Shown piece after piece: positions 1-14,909 of a stretch of DNA of 64,000 nt. The notes beneath the pieces are model-generated. The model saw nothing but the letters and a program-made list of their open reading frames with translations. It was not told where the DNA came from and made no database searches. A program made the position numbers and the translations under genes. The DNA comes from Octopus sinensis. Its lineage: Eukaryota. The first letter of the stretch is position 1. Every line of letters starts with the position of its first letter. Location of the stretch: the NCBI RefSeq assembly GCF_006345805.1, contig NC_043004.1, positions 54,684,001 through 54,748,000 on the forward strand, written 5' to 3'.

Positions 1-396
1 CTGACATTTGAAAACAAATGTCGCTATAGACCTTCAATGACAACGTAGACCATTAGACAAAATTTTCACGAAATACCCGTTAGTGAAGATCATTTAAGTT
101 TTCTACCATCAATTTTTAAACAGTGTTAGAGACAAATGTATGTTTTTATTACTTTAGCTTTTGGTTTTGATGTATCGAATTTTGTTTTACTAGGCTCTGT
201 TTCAGTTTAGGAAATTCATCCTTCCTGTTTTGCTAATTAAATTCATTAAATTATGAATGATTTTGCCTCATGGAATCACTTCCTGTTGAACATTACAGCA
301 ATTACAGAAATGCTTCATTACATTAATTACATTACGGCAATGCTTTCAAGACAAATTGGACCGGTAGGATTTATCAAAAGATTGAGTAAAACGTAC

Positions 397-494
397 CTTT
401 TGTTCACATAACTCATAAAATGTACAATTTTTGTCCTAAAAAGTTCCGTCTTCGGTGTCCTTCTTCCTCCTACCTTTTGTTGACATTGAGCTTT
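397..494 (-). other. Candidate spliced exon (98 nt) of an unknown host gene
   Basis: Minus strand reads tttctttttctcag|AAAGCTCAATG...GAACAAAAG|gtacgt: polypyrimidine-AG acceptor and AAG/GTACGT donor. One frame is open (KAQCQQKVGGRRTPKTELFRTKIVHFMSYVNK). No homology recognised. Confidence 0.25.
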
Positions 495-940
495 CTGAGA
501 AAAAGAAATTCAAAAGTAGAAATACTTTTTGACAGAAAATTATTTTGTATCTACCTGTTCACATTGCTTCAAGTAATGTATTTGTTCAGATTTTGACAAC
601 GCTAAAGTATTTGCGCAATATTTGTAAAAAAAAAAAAAAGGAATTCTATTGCAATATGTAACCTTTATTTATCTTCAGTTGTGTTTTTAGTGATAGCAGG
701 CGATATGAATCTATGACAGAATGTTCTCCAGTTTCACAAAATACTGAAAATAGAAACATATTACGAAAGGTTAAAAGTATTGTTAAAAGTAATATAAAAT
801 TGGTAATTGGTTAGTTATTAAAACTTTCATTTCTTTTTAAATATGTTGAATATTCGTTTTAGCTTAAACATTTAGATAAAACTATTTAAAAGCTCGATGT
901 TTTGAAAGTCACTTTCATAACTAGTATGTGTATATGTAAT

Positions 941-1006
<66 letters not shown>

Positions 1007-1264
1007 CATATAATTATTTGAGAGAATATTATTCCTAACTTACAGGGAAAAATTCAATTTAGAAATACTAAATCAAATTTCACAAAATATAATATATATA
1101 TAAAAAAATTAGAAAAAAACACCTTTTATCAATTCAAAATGAACAATTAAATTACACCATCTAGAAAATTACATATAATAGAAATATTAAAATTAAAATA
1201 ACAATAATATACCGATGATTAAGCAAATTCAAAATAATAATAATATATATATATATATATATAA

Positions 1265-1317
<53 letters not shown>

Positions 1318-2039
1318 GCACATATACATATATATATATATGAGTGTGTGTATATATATATATATATATTATGTTGCATGTTTCAAGCTAGACAGCACGT
1401 CTGAACTGGCTGAACTGGTTTGATGCGATTGATTGACTCAAAAATTAAGTGGTTTCTCTTAAGTTAATGATATAAATCTGACTTGTACAGTGCAGAATAT
1501 TGAAATATTGATTAAATTTTATGGCGAACTAGATTAATAGTATATTATCATAAGAGAGTCCATTAAACTGGTAATAGTAAATGTACATAGGTGATAGTGA
1601 AATATTTTAATATTGCAATTACTAGTTAGCAAAATATCGAACCAGAAATTAACCAGAATTTTTTCCAGACACCGGTGGTCGTGTAGATATTACAAGTTTC
1701 TTTGGGGACGGCAGACTTGGTTCTGCCGGGGGCTACAGATTACCAACTGAAGATAAAGCTGCTTTTACTAGGATTAATAAAACTAGATGGGGAGAACATT
1801 AGCAAAGAGTACAACTATACTATATATAATGCCCTACATAAATTGACGATTAATGTTAACCATAAAACCTTTATATATAGGACTGCATGTGCAGAGAAAG
1901 TATAAATTCCGATTGTATGTACACGACATAAACACAGTAAACATATGACTGATGGCGTAGTTAAATCTAAAGATGATAAAGTCAGGAGGATGAAGTCTAA
2001 GCCAATTCGGGAAATATTGTCAAACAGATGCTATCATTT

Positions 2040-3254
<1,215 letters not shown>

Positions 3255-3422
3255 TGGAGGAAATTATAAGTTATGAGGCAACTTTCATATATCAAAGTTA
3301 CCAACCCTCAATATAAGTACAGAGCTACATTCTTCCAGTGTAGAAACCAATCAACCAATTTACGAATAGTTTGAACGAAATTGAAGTTTTCCTACGTCTT
3401 ATATGATACGTGGCTGACTTGC

Positions 3423-3505
<83 letters not shown>

Positions 3506-3517
3506 TATATTATATAG

Positions 3518-3586
<69 letters not shown>
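3423..3586. repeat. (GATA)n microsatellite abutting the 3' end of a Tx1 fragment
   Basis: Directly visible tandem GATA. Confidence 0.95.
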
Positions 3587-4019
3587 TGCTTCTTTATTAG
3601 CCACACAGGGCTGCACACAGACAGGACAAAATTACAAGGTAGAGCTTTTCTTTTGGGGTAAAAGAAGGGGTTTTGGTTTTCGATCAAAAGGGATCGTAAA
3701 TGGAAAGAAAGAGGACAAAAAAGGGGGGGGATAAAATATTTTTTTTAAAAGGGGGGGGGGGGGAATTGATCAATAGGGATCGTTATCACAGAAATGTCAG
3801 TATGAAGTGTAAAGGGGAGGACAGGTGAGGTTTACCCGTGGAAAGAAAAGCCTACGGAAAAGACCACGGTAACCTCGCTCAATGAAGTCACATGTTATAT
3901 TTCTTCTTTTTTTTTTGCAAATAAGCAACTCTCTGTATTAATTTTTACGGTTCATAGAACCATAGTCAAGGTGGCTTCGTCATTCATACGTGCCATCCTT
4001 GCTACATTCACCCATCTTT
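3587..4019 (-). mobile_element. Tx1-clade LINE, 5'-truncated 3' fragment (copy A)
   Basis: Encodes the ORF2 C-terminus [21 protein letters not shown], nearly the same as copy D (37037-38218). The 3' UTR matches 36647-37036, with AATAAA followed by (TATC)n. Flanked by (GATA)n and (GGAT)n. Confidence 0.9.
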
Positions 4020-4259
4020 GGATGGATGGATGGATGGATGGATGGATTGATGGATGGATGGATGGATGGATGGATGGATGGATTGATGGATGGATGGATT
4101 GATAGATATACATATATATATTAATTATATATAAATTTATACACGCACACATACACACACATAGATTAAAGCTTGTTTTTACGTACAGTTTCAATAAAAA
4201 CAATTTTACATTAATAAGATTGGTTACTCTGTACTTTTGTTGAGTACAAGTTTATCAGT

Positions 4260-4363
4260 CTTAAACAAGATTGTTGTTGACATTTACTTCAAAGTTTCGG
4301 CCAGCTAAACCATCGTCGCTGGCCGAAACTTTAAAGTCACTGTCAACAACATTCTTGCTTAAG
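4260..4363. repeat. Imperfect inverted repeat (~46-bp arms, 12-nt spacer) containing the 3' half of a hammerhead motif
   Basis: cttaaacaagattgttgttgaca..aaagtttcggccagc / gctggccgaaacttt..tgtcaacaacattcttgcttaag. GAAAC-TTTAAA-GTC at 4325-4338. Confidence 0.75.
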
Positions 4364-4375
4364 AATTATATATAT

Positions 4376-4770
4376 TCTTTTACACTTTTACTTGTTTCAG
4401 TCATTTGACTGTGGTCGCCCTGAAGCACCGCCTTTAGTCGAGCAAATCCACCCCAGGACTTATTCTTTGTGAGCCTAGTACTTATTCTATCGTCCCTTTT
4501 GCCGAACTGCTAAGTTACGGGGACGTAAACACACCAGCATCGGTTGTCAAGCGATGTCGGGGGGACAAACACAGACACACAAACATATACACGCACACAT
4601 ATATATATACATAAACGACGGGCTTCTTTCAGTTTCCGTCAACCAAATCCACTCACAAGGCTTTGGTCGGCCTGAGGCTATCCTAGAAGACATTTGCCCA
4701 AGGTGCCAAGCAGTGGGACTGAACCCGGAACCATGTGGTTGGTAAGCAAGCTACTTACCACACACCCACT
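4376..4770 (-). mobile_element. tRNA-derived SINE, family 1 (octopus-type)
   Basis: Minus-strand head ..GTGTGTGGTAAGTAGCTTGC..GGTTCCGGGTTCAGTCCC (A/B-box-like), internal (TG/TA)n, tail TGACTGAAACAAGTAAAAG. Matches copies at 6925, 10350, 18398 and 23048. Confidence 0.85.
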
Positions 4771-4779
4771 GGTTATAGT

Positions 4780-6240
4780 TATGTATATGTTTGTTTTTAT
4801 TTGTGTTCACTAAGTGTGTGTAAATTACGCTTGAGGTTGTAAATTAAAAATTTATTTTTGACAATAATAAGATTAGCTAATAAGATTTGAGTTAGCTTGA
4901 TGGAGTATCCAAATTATCAAATGTAGGAATTTCCTTCGATAAAAAGAGTTAGAGATCCGGCTTATGTACACAGTAGAAGAGATATTAGTGTTGACTATAG
5001 CATTATAGACAACGTTTTTATCTAAGCAGTTCCTTTCGGGCGGACAGATGACAGCACAAATGCAGGATTAGATGGAATATGTTTAATGGTGGGAAGTGTT
5101 TACTGATAAGGTTAAATTTTGATCAAGCTTAGAAGTAGATTAATAAATTTTAGAGTATTTTTGTTGAATGGTATATCGTCCTTATCGCCCGTGAAATTTC
5201 AAAGTAGTTTTTTACACTAGATGTAGTTACATGGATATCGTATGAGGCGCGAACCACGTTGTGTTTGTTATACTGAGGTGTGTTTATAATCTACCTATGG
5301 GTTTTGGATAATGCATCGTTAAGGTAAGCTGTTACCTCTGTCGATATTTATGTATTGTTAGTTTATGGGAGATAATGTGTTGCTTAATTTCTTTGAGTGT
5401 TTAGAATGAATGTGTACATAGATCACTTACCAATTAGATTTATAGTATTGATACTCAAGAAAGTGAATGCCGATTAATGAGGTCTACCTCAAAAGTTAGC
5501 TCTAGTGAATTCTAAGTTTCGAAGGAGATTTGAATATTTCAGAATATTTCAGTTGGTATATACTAGAAAGCTTTTATCCTAGTACAAAACTTCATCAGCC
5601 TTCGGAAATGCATTTTCGATGTAATGTGAGAAGTAGAATTGGATGAAGCCACCAGTTTCTGCTAAATCGTTAACTCTCATACTAACATATGGAGCGCTTG
5701 AATGCTTGATAATCTAGACTTGGTAATCAATTTCTTGGTCGGAAGTGGCGTGAAAAGTATAGTATAGTCATGTACTTTCATAAGGAGTATTTTAAGTCGG
5801 GTTGGGGTGGTTATTAAATTACAACTAAAGATCTACAGTATTCGCTTATTTGATATTGTTTTGAACCACTCGATGACTTTTAGTAACAGTGATGCCTTCT
5901 TAACGTTTGAAATTACCCAATCTAGAATTCTCTTATTTAGCCATCCTATGACCATTTTTATGTAATTGGTTGTCACATAGGAAACCTACAGTTAATATTA
6001 TCTGTATGATTCTTAAAGATGCAGTATGGTTATGGAAAGTTCAAAGGCTTGCTTTTGTTTTCTGTTGTCTCTGTAATGTTCGGATTTGGTTATTTACGTT
6101 AGGGGTTTATGCCATAGGGAATGTTCTTGCTCTTTTTTCTTTTAGTCCATTAATGTTGAACTTGTAGAAGTTTTTGTTGATTTTGTGTAGAGTTTGTATC
6201 TTCTCAGAATTGACGCATATCTTCTCATATTCACTTGTGT
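4780..6240 (-). mobile_element. Heavily decayed Penelope-like retroelement RT remnant
   Basis: Manual minus-strand translation gives VHDYTILFTPLP (~5740-5776; cf. PLE RT FDFxxLYTxIP) and DKDDIPF (~5166-5186; cf. YDKRDDFxF) in the expected order. Many stops and frameshifts. Confidence 0.5.
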
Positions 6241-6307
6241 AAAGGTATATATGAATACTATAGACAGGTACGTATATATATATATGTACATGTGTGAATC
6301 TATGAGT

Positions 6308-6347
<40 letters not shown>

Positions 6348-6752
6348 TGTGTGTGTGCAGACTTGCGTATCTGTGTGTAATTGTATAGAATGACGCAAAG
6401 ATCATTGACAGTTGTAATGATAAAAAGAAAGTAAACTGAGGGATAAATATGTAAGTAGATAAATAAATACGATAGATAGATATAGAAATATGTGCAAAGT
6501 GCTTCTTTCAGATTCCCTCTACCAAATTCGCTCGAAAGTTTTGGGTTGGTCTGGGACTATGGTAGAAAATATTTGCCCAAGTTGCCTCGCAGGGTTCGCA
6601 TTCGAAGCCATGTAATTGAGAAGCAAGCTTCTTACGACACACGTATCTCTGTTAAACGACACGTAATATACTTACTGGTATGATTATTTAATAACTTGAA
6701 AACTAAAGAGAAAAACAAAATACTAAGTAGTATTAGATAGATAGATAGATAT

Positions 6753-6829
<77 letters not shown>

Positions 6830-6924
6830 CAGACAGAGAAAAAGAGATGTGTATACAGACTAATATATAAATATGTAGGATGATAGATTAAAAGAGACAT
6901 ATAAACATAAATTTGACAGCCACA

Positions 6925-7086
6925 GGCGTAGGAGTGGCTGTGTGGTAAGTAGCTTGGTTCCGGGTTCAGTCCTACTACGTGGCTCCTTGGACAAGTGTCT
7001 TCTACTATAGCCTCGGGTCGACCAAAGCCTCGTGAGTAGATTTGGTAGACGGAAACTGAAAGAAGCGCGTCGTATATATGTATATG

Positions 7087-7148
<62 letters not shown>

Positions 7149-7321
7149 TGTGTCTGTGTTTGTTCCCTGCAACATCGCTTGACAACTGATGCTGGTGTGT
7201 TTACGTCCCCGTAACTTAGCCGTTCGGCAAAAGAGATCGATAGAATAAGTACTAGGCTTACAAAGATTAAAGGCGGTACTCCAGCATGTCCACAGTCAAA
7301 TGACTGAAACAAGTAAAAGAG
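6925..7321 (+). mobile_element. tRNA-derived SINE, family 1
   Basis: GGCGTAGGAGTGGCTGTGTGGTAAG head, GGTTCAGTCC B-box-like motif, internal (TG)n, GACTGAAACAAGTAAAAGA tail. Confidence 0.85.
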
Positions 7322-7727
7322 AGAGCCATCGTTTTAATATTTTGTATTGTTCAGGAAAAATTTGTTAAGTGATACCTTTGTAACTAAGCGCATATAAGTG
7401 GTGACTATGTGTATATCTGTTTGCATGCGAAGTGTGTTTCTAAGACTATATGCAATGTATATGTATTGAAATTCAACAACGTTGCAGTGAGCCATATCAA
7501 AAATTTCTTTCAATGTATAGAAAACTAGTTTTAAATATTTGATCATGAATTTCCATTGTAAAACTGCAGAGACTAATTAATCATAGAAAATTTGGTTTTT
7601 AATATAAATACAGAAATAATTTATTCTCAAACGCATGATAATACTAATACGATAGCATGAGCAGGATAAACTATCCATATATTTCAGTTACTTTCATCGT
7701 AAGCTAATAAAAATATTTTTATTATAT

Positions 7728-7918
7728 TGGTTTCAGTTTCCGGCACAAATCCAGCAATTTCGAGGTAGGTGGTAAGTAGATTTCAGGTATATCGCCTCCA
7801 GGGTCGTACTGATACTTATTTTATCAACCCCGAAATGATGAAAGGCAAAGTCGACCTCGGCGGAAATTGAACTCAGAATTTTGCTCATTAAGATAACAAA
7901 TCTCTCAGCTCGCCACCT
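7728..7918 (-). mobile_element. SINE family 2, degenerate
   Basis: Shared core ACCCCGAAA(G/T)GATGAAAGGCAAAGTCGACCTCGGCGGAA..GAACTCAG, also at 15380, 49630 and 63955. Confidence 0.7.
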
Positions 7919-8049
7919 TAAGTATTTCTATTATATTAAAATAAATGGTAACTACTTAATATTTTGTTTTCCCTTTTCTTTTTATATTTATGGTGTTATT
8001 AAATAATCTAATCATACCAGTAAATATCTTACGCGTCAATTAACAGACA

Positions 8050-8215
8050 AGCCTATGTGGTACGAAGCTTGCTTCATAAATACATGGTTTCGGATCCAGT
8101 CCCTGCGTGAGACCTCGGACAAGTATCTTCTATTAGAGTCCTGAGCCGACCAAAATTTTGTGAGTGGATATAAAAGACGGAAACTGAAAGAAGCCCGTTG
8201 CATATACTTGTCCAG

Positions 8216-8254
<39 letters not shown>

Positions 8255-8465
8255 AGATAATATATGTATATGTATGCATATGTGCGTGAGTGTGTGTGTT
8301 TAGGCTTGACAACCAATGTTCGCTTGTTTACGTCCCTGAAACTTAGCGGTTCGGCAATATGTTAACGATAAAATAAGTAGCAAGCTTAAAACAAGTAATG
8401 CAACCTAAACTTAAGCCAGTGTCCTGGCAAGGCGGTTATCCAATAACTGAAGGATAAAACAAAGA
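8050..8465 (+). mobile_element. SINE family 1, diverged copy
   Basis: CATGGTTTCGGATCCAGTCCC..GACGGAAACTGAAAGAAGCCCG..ACTTAGCGGTTCGGCAA blocks shared with family 1. Confidence 0.7.
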
Positions 8466-9313
8466 TAATCTCTACAACATAAAAGCATAACAATGAAATT
8501 TCGAAACTTAATACTAAAAGTGGTCTGCAAGCCCTAAGTGATTTATGCATTAATAGTGGATTAATCTACATAACCTTTTTACTATTTAAAGAAAGAACTC
8601 TACATATGGGCAATTTCATGATGGTTCTTAATGGCACTAGACATGTTTTTCATGCAGCCGTAGCTAACCTTTATTTTGTTGTTGTTGAACAACTGGTGGA
8701 ATGCATACTAATGTCACCAAGTAATCAAACGGCAACAAATTCCACTAGCTATTACTAGCCAATAGAAGAGCTTCTCTGTTTTGACTCTAGCTAAAAGAAA
8801 TAGAGATAAAAAAAAATACCCATTAAAGGTGGAAAGACACTTTGAGTAACGTTAGCTAAGACTTTTTAAAAGTCGAGATGGTCACGCTGGAATTGCGTTT
8901 CACTTCAAGTCTGCTTAGTTAGAGTTAGTTTTCAGCAGAACAACATCAAGGACAACCATTTAAAACTTTAATGATTAAATATATATAAAAAGTTGAAAGA
9001 AATGAATGAGTTTAAGTTAACAGTAATATGACGTATAACAGTCTAAAGTCAACGATAATCAAATTTTGAACTGTTTATTGTCGGTTTATTGCAGATATTC
9101 ATTAATGGATATTATGGGTGTATTCGTAGTTGTAAAAGAAAATGTGTCTACAGTTGTGCTTGTGCATGTAGACTGCCAAAATTTAAATTTACACAGTAAA
9201 TTTGATTACACCCTCTAGTAATCATAAACACACCGTCATATAGATATGTGTATGTATATACATATACATACATGTATAAACACACCACACACACATATAT
9301 ACATATATATAAA

Positions 9314-9361
<48 letters not shown>

Positions 9362-9476
9362 ATAGTAATTATATCACATACACTTATATGCAACTTACAT
9401 GCACACATATGCACACACACGTACACACACACGTATATATATACACACATACACACACACACACGAAAATAAACAT

Positions 9477-9508
<32 letters not shown>

Positions 9509-9596
9509 TGTATGTATGTATGTATACAGATACATGTATCACTCTCAAGTTTATATGCGCTTCATTACCCACAAATCTGCATTAGCAAGCAATATA

Positions 9597-9761
9597 GCAA
9601 GAAGCAGCAGCAGCAGCAGCAGAAGAAGAAGAAGAAGAAGAAGAAGAAGAAGAAGAAGAAGAAGAAGCAGGAAGAGAAGAAGAAGAAGAAGAGAGAGAAG
9701 AAGAAGAAAGAGAAGAAAGAAGAGAAGAAGAAGAGAAGGAAGAAAGAAGAAGAAGAAGAAG

Positions 9762-9790
<29 letters not shown>
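9597..9790. repeat. (GCA)n/(GAA)n trinucleotide repeat
   Basis: Directly visible. Confidence 0.95.
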
Positions 9791-9792
<2 letters not shown>

Positions 9793-10349
9793 GACAAATC
9801 AAATAAACTGTAAAGCTATTTATCATGGTAATTCAAGCAAAGAGTGAAAAAAAATCATCCTTCACAGCATCAGCAAATAGATCAACATTATTATAACATT
9901 AAACAGAAACATTTGAGAGGCAAAATCACTTGTGTCTAATTCTCTTTACCAAACAACTTTACAATAAACATCAAAACCTATTGGTTTGTTAAATCAACAG
10001 CAACATGGTTCATTGAAAGTTTAGATAGAAACCAGGAAGCTATCAAAACCTATTTATTATGAGAAGCCACAAATAATTGAATGTCATCTGCCTGGAGACG
10101 TCCACAGAAACAATATGGAAGAAAAAAGTGAGATTTCTGCTCCGTTGCTGATGTTGAAGGCAATTTCCTCTCGCTGACATAAACTCCTCTTATGTATCAC
10201 TGAACAACTCTTATATCTGCGCTATATATCTCGAGATATGGATAAGTAATGCAGACAGACAAGTAAACAGATGCACATATATATATATATATTGTGTGTG
10301 TATGTGTGTGTGTGTGTGTGTATGTGTGTGTGTGTGTGTGTGTGTGTTT

Positions 10350-10759
10350 CTTTTTCATTTGTTCTTTTATTTGTTTCAGTCGTCCGACTGCGACCATGCT
10401 GGAGCACCGCCCTCAGTCGAGCAAATCGACACCGGGACTTATTCTTTGCAACCCCAGTACTTACTCCATCGGTCTCTCCCACCGAACTGCTAAGTGACAG
10501 GGACGTAAACACACAGCACCAGTTGTCAAGCGATGTTGGGCGGACAAACACAGACAGGCAAACACACACATACACACACATATACATATATATATATGAC
10601 GGCCTTCTTTCAGTTCCCGTCGACCAAATCCACTCACAGGGCTTTGGTTGGCACGAAGCTATAGCAGAAGACACCTGCCCAATGTACCACGCAGTGAGAC
10701 TGAACTCGGAACTATGTGGCTGGTAAGCAAGCTACTTACCACACAGCCATTCCTGCGCC
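10350..10759 (-). mobile_element. tRNA-derived SINE, family 1
   Basis: Full-length match to family 1 (minus-strand head GGCGCAGGAATGGCTGTGTGGTAAG). Confidence 0.85.
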
Positions 10760-10796
10760 TATATGCGTATATGTTTCAGTCATTTGACTGCGGCCA

Positions 10797-10838
<42 letters not shown>

Positions 10839-11389
10839 ATCCTGTAGTCAATTCACTTAACTGCTCAAAATTATCATAGTCTGCTCCTCTAAAAAAGACA
10901 GACAAATTAAATGATCTAGTCCTTGATACACTACTCCTATTTCAAACAAAAGAGACGGGATTGCTAATGCTGTAATGCCTTAGTCCATAGTCTACAGGAT
11001 TAGACCTGACCTATGGTTAAATAAAAACCATGAACAACAATAGTTATAAATCAAATATAAATTCCTCGTTAAGTGTTGATGGTAGACAGCATATGTTATA
11101 TCCAAATATCGAAGACAACATTTCACGTGTTAATCTATAAATGATATTTCTTGATATATTATCTTCTGCGTATTGTTTTGGTGTATTTTTATATATCATT
11201 TAGTCTGTGGCCATTCGACACGGCTATCAGATATCAGTTTACACACAGATAATAAATAGATCGCTATTATTCTGAAGCTCCGATTTCAGCAATTGATGTC
11301 AATGTTATTGTTGTTATTGTTCTTGGTATTGGTAATGGGATAGTAGTGGCAGCGCTTGATGTGCTTCTGTTTATACTACTACTGCTACT

Positions 11390-11770
11390 GCACGTCTATT
11401 TTAAGTAGTTTACACTCTTTCTTGTCTTGGATCGGCTTCACTCGGCCTGGCCTGGCTTTGGAAGCGAATAGTTTCGAAGGGGGGTATCCATGTCAGATAC
11501 AGGCTTACTGATGCCCGATGAGCCCAAGAGAGAGTGCATAGGATGGTGACCTGGTTAAGATTGGTCATAGTCTCCTTGCTTACCTCCCCTTTGTCTTGTC
11601 TCCAAGGATGTCTTCAAAGAAGACCGTTGTCTTGGGGATAGACAGAAGGCTTCACAGACAACAGCAAGAACACTCACTGTGAACCCTAGTATTGATCAAT
11701 GTGGCAGGCGCCGAGGGATTTCTCTCCAATCTTACAATGAAGCGTACTGACCCATTAAGGAAAGCATTTT
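11390..11770 (-). mobile_element. Decayed RTE-like LINE 3' fragment
   Basis: Minus-strand remnants resemble the RTE C-terminus (GQ..RF..KSL.ACHID; LCTLSLGLIGHQ resembling the terminal Cys/His motif). Frames are broken. Confidence 0.35.
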
Positions 11771-11789
11771 AACTGAGATACTTTTTAGG

Positions 11790-13030
11790 GCAGTGGATTG
11801 GTAAAAAGGTTAGAACATCAGAGAAAAAAAAACGCTGAGTTCAAATCCCACTGCTGTCAGTTTCGTGGTTCCTCATTTCGAGGTCTATTAAATAAAATAT
11901 CATTTAAGCACTTGGTTGTTTAATCCCCACCCTCAAACATTTTCTTCCCGTTCCTAAATTAGAAACCATTGTTATTGTGGTAAGTCTTTTAGGGGCGATG
12001 ATTCATAGAATCATTAGAGCGTCGGGAAAAATGCCTTGCATTATTTTATCCGGCTCTTTACATTCTGACTTCAAACTTCACCGGGGTCAGCTTCGTCGTT
12101 CATCTGTTCGAGGGTGATATGATAAAGTTCATTTAAGTACTAGGGCCGATAGCATCGACTAATTACCGCTCCATTCATAATTATTAGCCTTGAACCTAAA
12201 TCAGGAACCAGTATTAAAAACGGCGAATTGGTAGAATCGTTAGCACGTCGATAAAAAATACCTTATGGTATTTCTTATTACACTTTACTCTTTGAGTTCA
12301 ATTCATACCAATTTTAACTTGACCTTTCATCCCTTGCACGTTAATTTCGCGAGCATACTGTTCTGTTGATCAACGGGAACCCTCGCCTTCGTAACCGACG
12401 GAGTGTTAATTAATTATTTCTCTTTCTATTTAAAATCATTTTTAAGGTACATTTTATTATTATAAGAACCGTTTCTGTTTTCAATCTTCACATTCTGATT
12501 ATTCTATTTACAAGATCTTTATATTCGGCATGTTTCTTATACGGTAATTTGCTACTCATAATCATCGGAGAGCGAAACGCTCTTTACAAACGCACGTTTG
12601 TGAGATGATAGTGATTTGTAAGCAGTTTTGAGTAAGAACCGGAAAGAGAAGTATGAACACATGAACACACAATGCGCATGTGCACACTGAATTCGTAAAA
12701 CAAAAGAGAACAAAGTGCATGTCAAGATAAAACGGAAGAGAAGAACAAAAATGCAACATCAAACAAGCTATATGATGGTCTGCATGCTAAGTCTGACAAC
12801 ACAATCTGACAGCTTTGATGCAATTTTCTTGTATATATTGTTTTACCAGGCCAAATGCTTAGCGTCATTTCATCTATCTTTACCATCTGAGTTCAAACAC
12901 TGCGAAGGTTTACATTGCTTTTCATTTTCTTCGGGGTGATAAAATAAGTATCAGTTGAGCACTGGGTCGATGTAATCGACTTAACCCCTCCTCCGAAATC
13001 GATGGCCTTGTACCAAAATTTTAAACTAAT
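11790..13030 (+). mobile_element. Cluster of diverged SINE family 2 copies
   Basis: Repeated GAATCGTTAG..GAGTTCAAA..CTTTCATCC..GGGTCGATGTAATCGAC-like blocks at ~11790, 11995, 12220 and 12855-13030. Confidence 0.6.
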
Positions 13031-13274
13031 ATATATTGTCTTTTATTGCAGCTGATATATCAACGAAAAGACATTCCTTGTCCTGATGGTTTCTGGTAAT
13101 CATGTATTTTATATGCTTTGAACCGGTGATCAAGTCGTTCTCTGGAAACTTGTGTAGTGTTCATTGTATCTACTCTTTATTTTGGAGCATTTTTGCTAAT
13201 AACTACAAATCATTTCATGATGAAGGTATAATTAAAAGTATATAAAGCCTCTAGTTCTGACATGCTTGTATATA

Positions 13275-14130
13275 CAGGCTGCGGTGAAGAAACTGTTGTC
13301 TAAATTACACAAAAATGAAAATAACACTGACATCTCATTTTAACAGATATATTTACCAAAATTACATAAAAAATATCTTGAAACACTAAAGAGTACATTT
13401 ATTCAATAAATTGCCATTGGTTTCAACCACGGCCTCCAAACGATTTCGGAATCCCCTGCAACTCTTCTGGATTGTTTCCTGGTTTAATCTGGTCAGTGTT
13501 GCCATAAACCTTGCCTTCAGTGTTAGAAAGAGATGTATTGGTCTCTCACTCAACTAGGCCCCACACAAAATAATCAAGGGGATTGCAGTCTGGGGAGTTA
13601 GGTGACCGGATGTTAGGGGTGAGGAGGTCGAAGAAATTGTCTAACAGCTATGACTGGGTCCTCGTGCTTGTGTGACATGGTACAGAGTCCTCTTGCCAGT
13701 CATAGGGTCTTCCAGCAGCCACCCTCTTGACCCAGAGCAGCACTACCTCCTGCAGGCACTTGATGTAGGCTTCCGTGTTGAGTGTGAGGCCATGTTGGAA
13801 GATGAATGGTAGCATAACGTCGTTATCATTAGTGATCACTCTAAACACCATAATGTTGACTGGATGTTTGATATTTATCACTTTCAGTACATGTCTTCAG
13901 ATTGCACTGTCCTCAGATTGATACCCAATCACTCTGAAATGTTCGAATTCTAGCTTCCAGTACGAATGCCAAGCAACACAGTATGTCTATTGTCAGACGT
14001 CTGGCAAAGTGAATCACGTCAAGGTGCTGTTTTTTTCACATATGGTGCCCAACTGACCCTACTATACTGTGTAACCGACAAATCAAAAAGATACAATATA
14101 AAGTTGCGACAATTTCTTCATCGCACACTA
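13275..14130 (-). mobile_element. Tc1/mariner-superfamily transposon remnant (DD..D type, maT-like), internally deleted
   Basis: TIR-like ends ta|CAGGCTGCGGTGAAGAAACTGT and ACAATTTCTTCATCGCACACTA. Minus-strand motifs WQEDSVPCH and PNSPDCNPLDYFVWG (third catalytic residue D). Confidence 0.8.
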
Positions 14131-14229
14131 CATATATATATATATATATTATATATATATATATAATATTATATATATATATATATACATATATGTATAT
14201 ATATAATATATATATATATATATATTACA

Positions 14230-14282
<53 letters not shown>

Positions 14283-14297
14283 TATATATGTATATAC

Positions 14298-14402
<105 letters not shown>

Positions 14403-14551
14403 AGTAGTTGAATGAATTATCCTAGTATGGATAATTCGGTTAACCGATACCTGGGTAGCAAATTCACGTCAGAAAACACGGTTGAAGCTACATGCCAAGG
14501 GCAGAGATCACGTGCTTTTGTGTGGAAATTTGTGTGTTTTTTTTACTATAA

Positions 14552-14909
14552 ATAAATGAAAGAATGGAGTCGAACGACGATTTAACAAAATTCCTTTATT
14601 CTCGACATATGTTTCAAAGACTGCATATTCTTAATTCCGAAGGAATAGGGGGTGCATTATGCCGCCTTCTCATCAAGAAAGACAAGGAACTTATGTCAGC
14701 ATCATGACGAACAAGACTTTTTTGTTCGTGTGTGCAGTCATCTAAAAATTTTTGTTCGTCATGATGCTGACATAAGTTCCTTGTCTTTCCTGATGAGAAG
14801 GCGGAATAGTGCACCCCTTATTCCTTCGGAATTAGGAATATGCAGTCTTCGAAACATATGTCGAGAATAAAGGAATTTTGTTAAATCGTCGTTCGACTCC
14901 ATTCTTTCA

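Noticed and set aside
13051-13094. Possible small + strand exon (ttttattgcag|...|gtaatc)
   Set aside because: Weak donor, very short and no supporting neighbours.
14614-14870. Mirror ORFs MHY(S/A)AFSS..
   Set aside because: Artefact of the inverted repeat.
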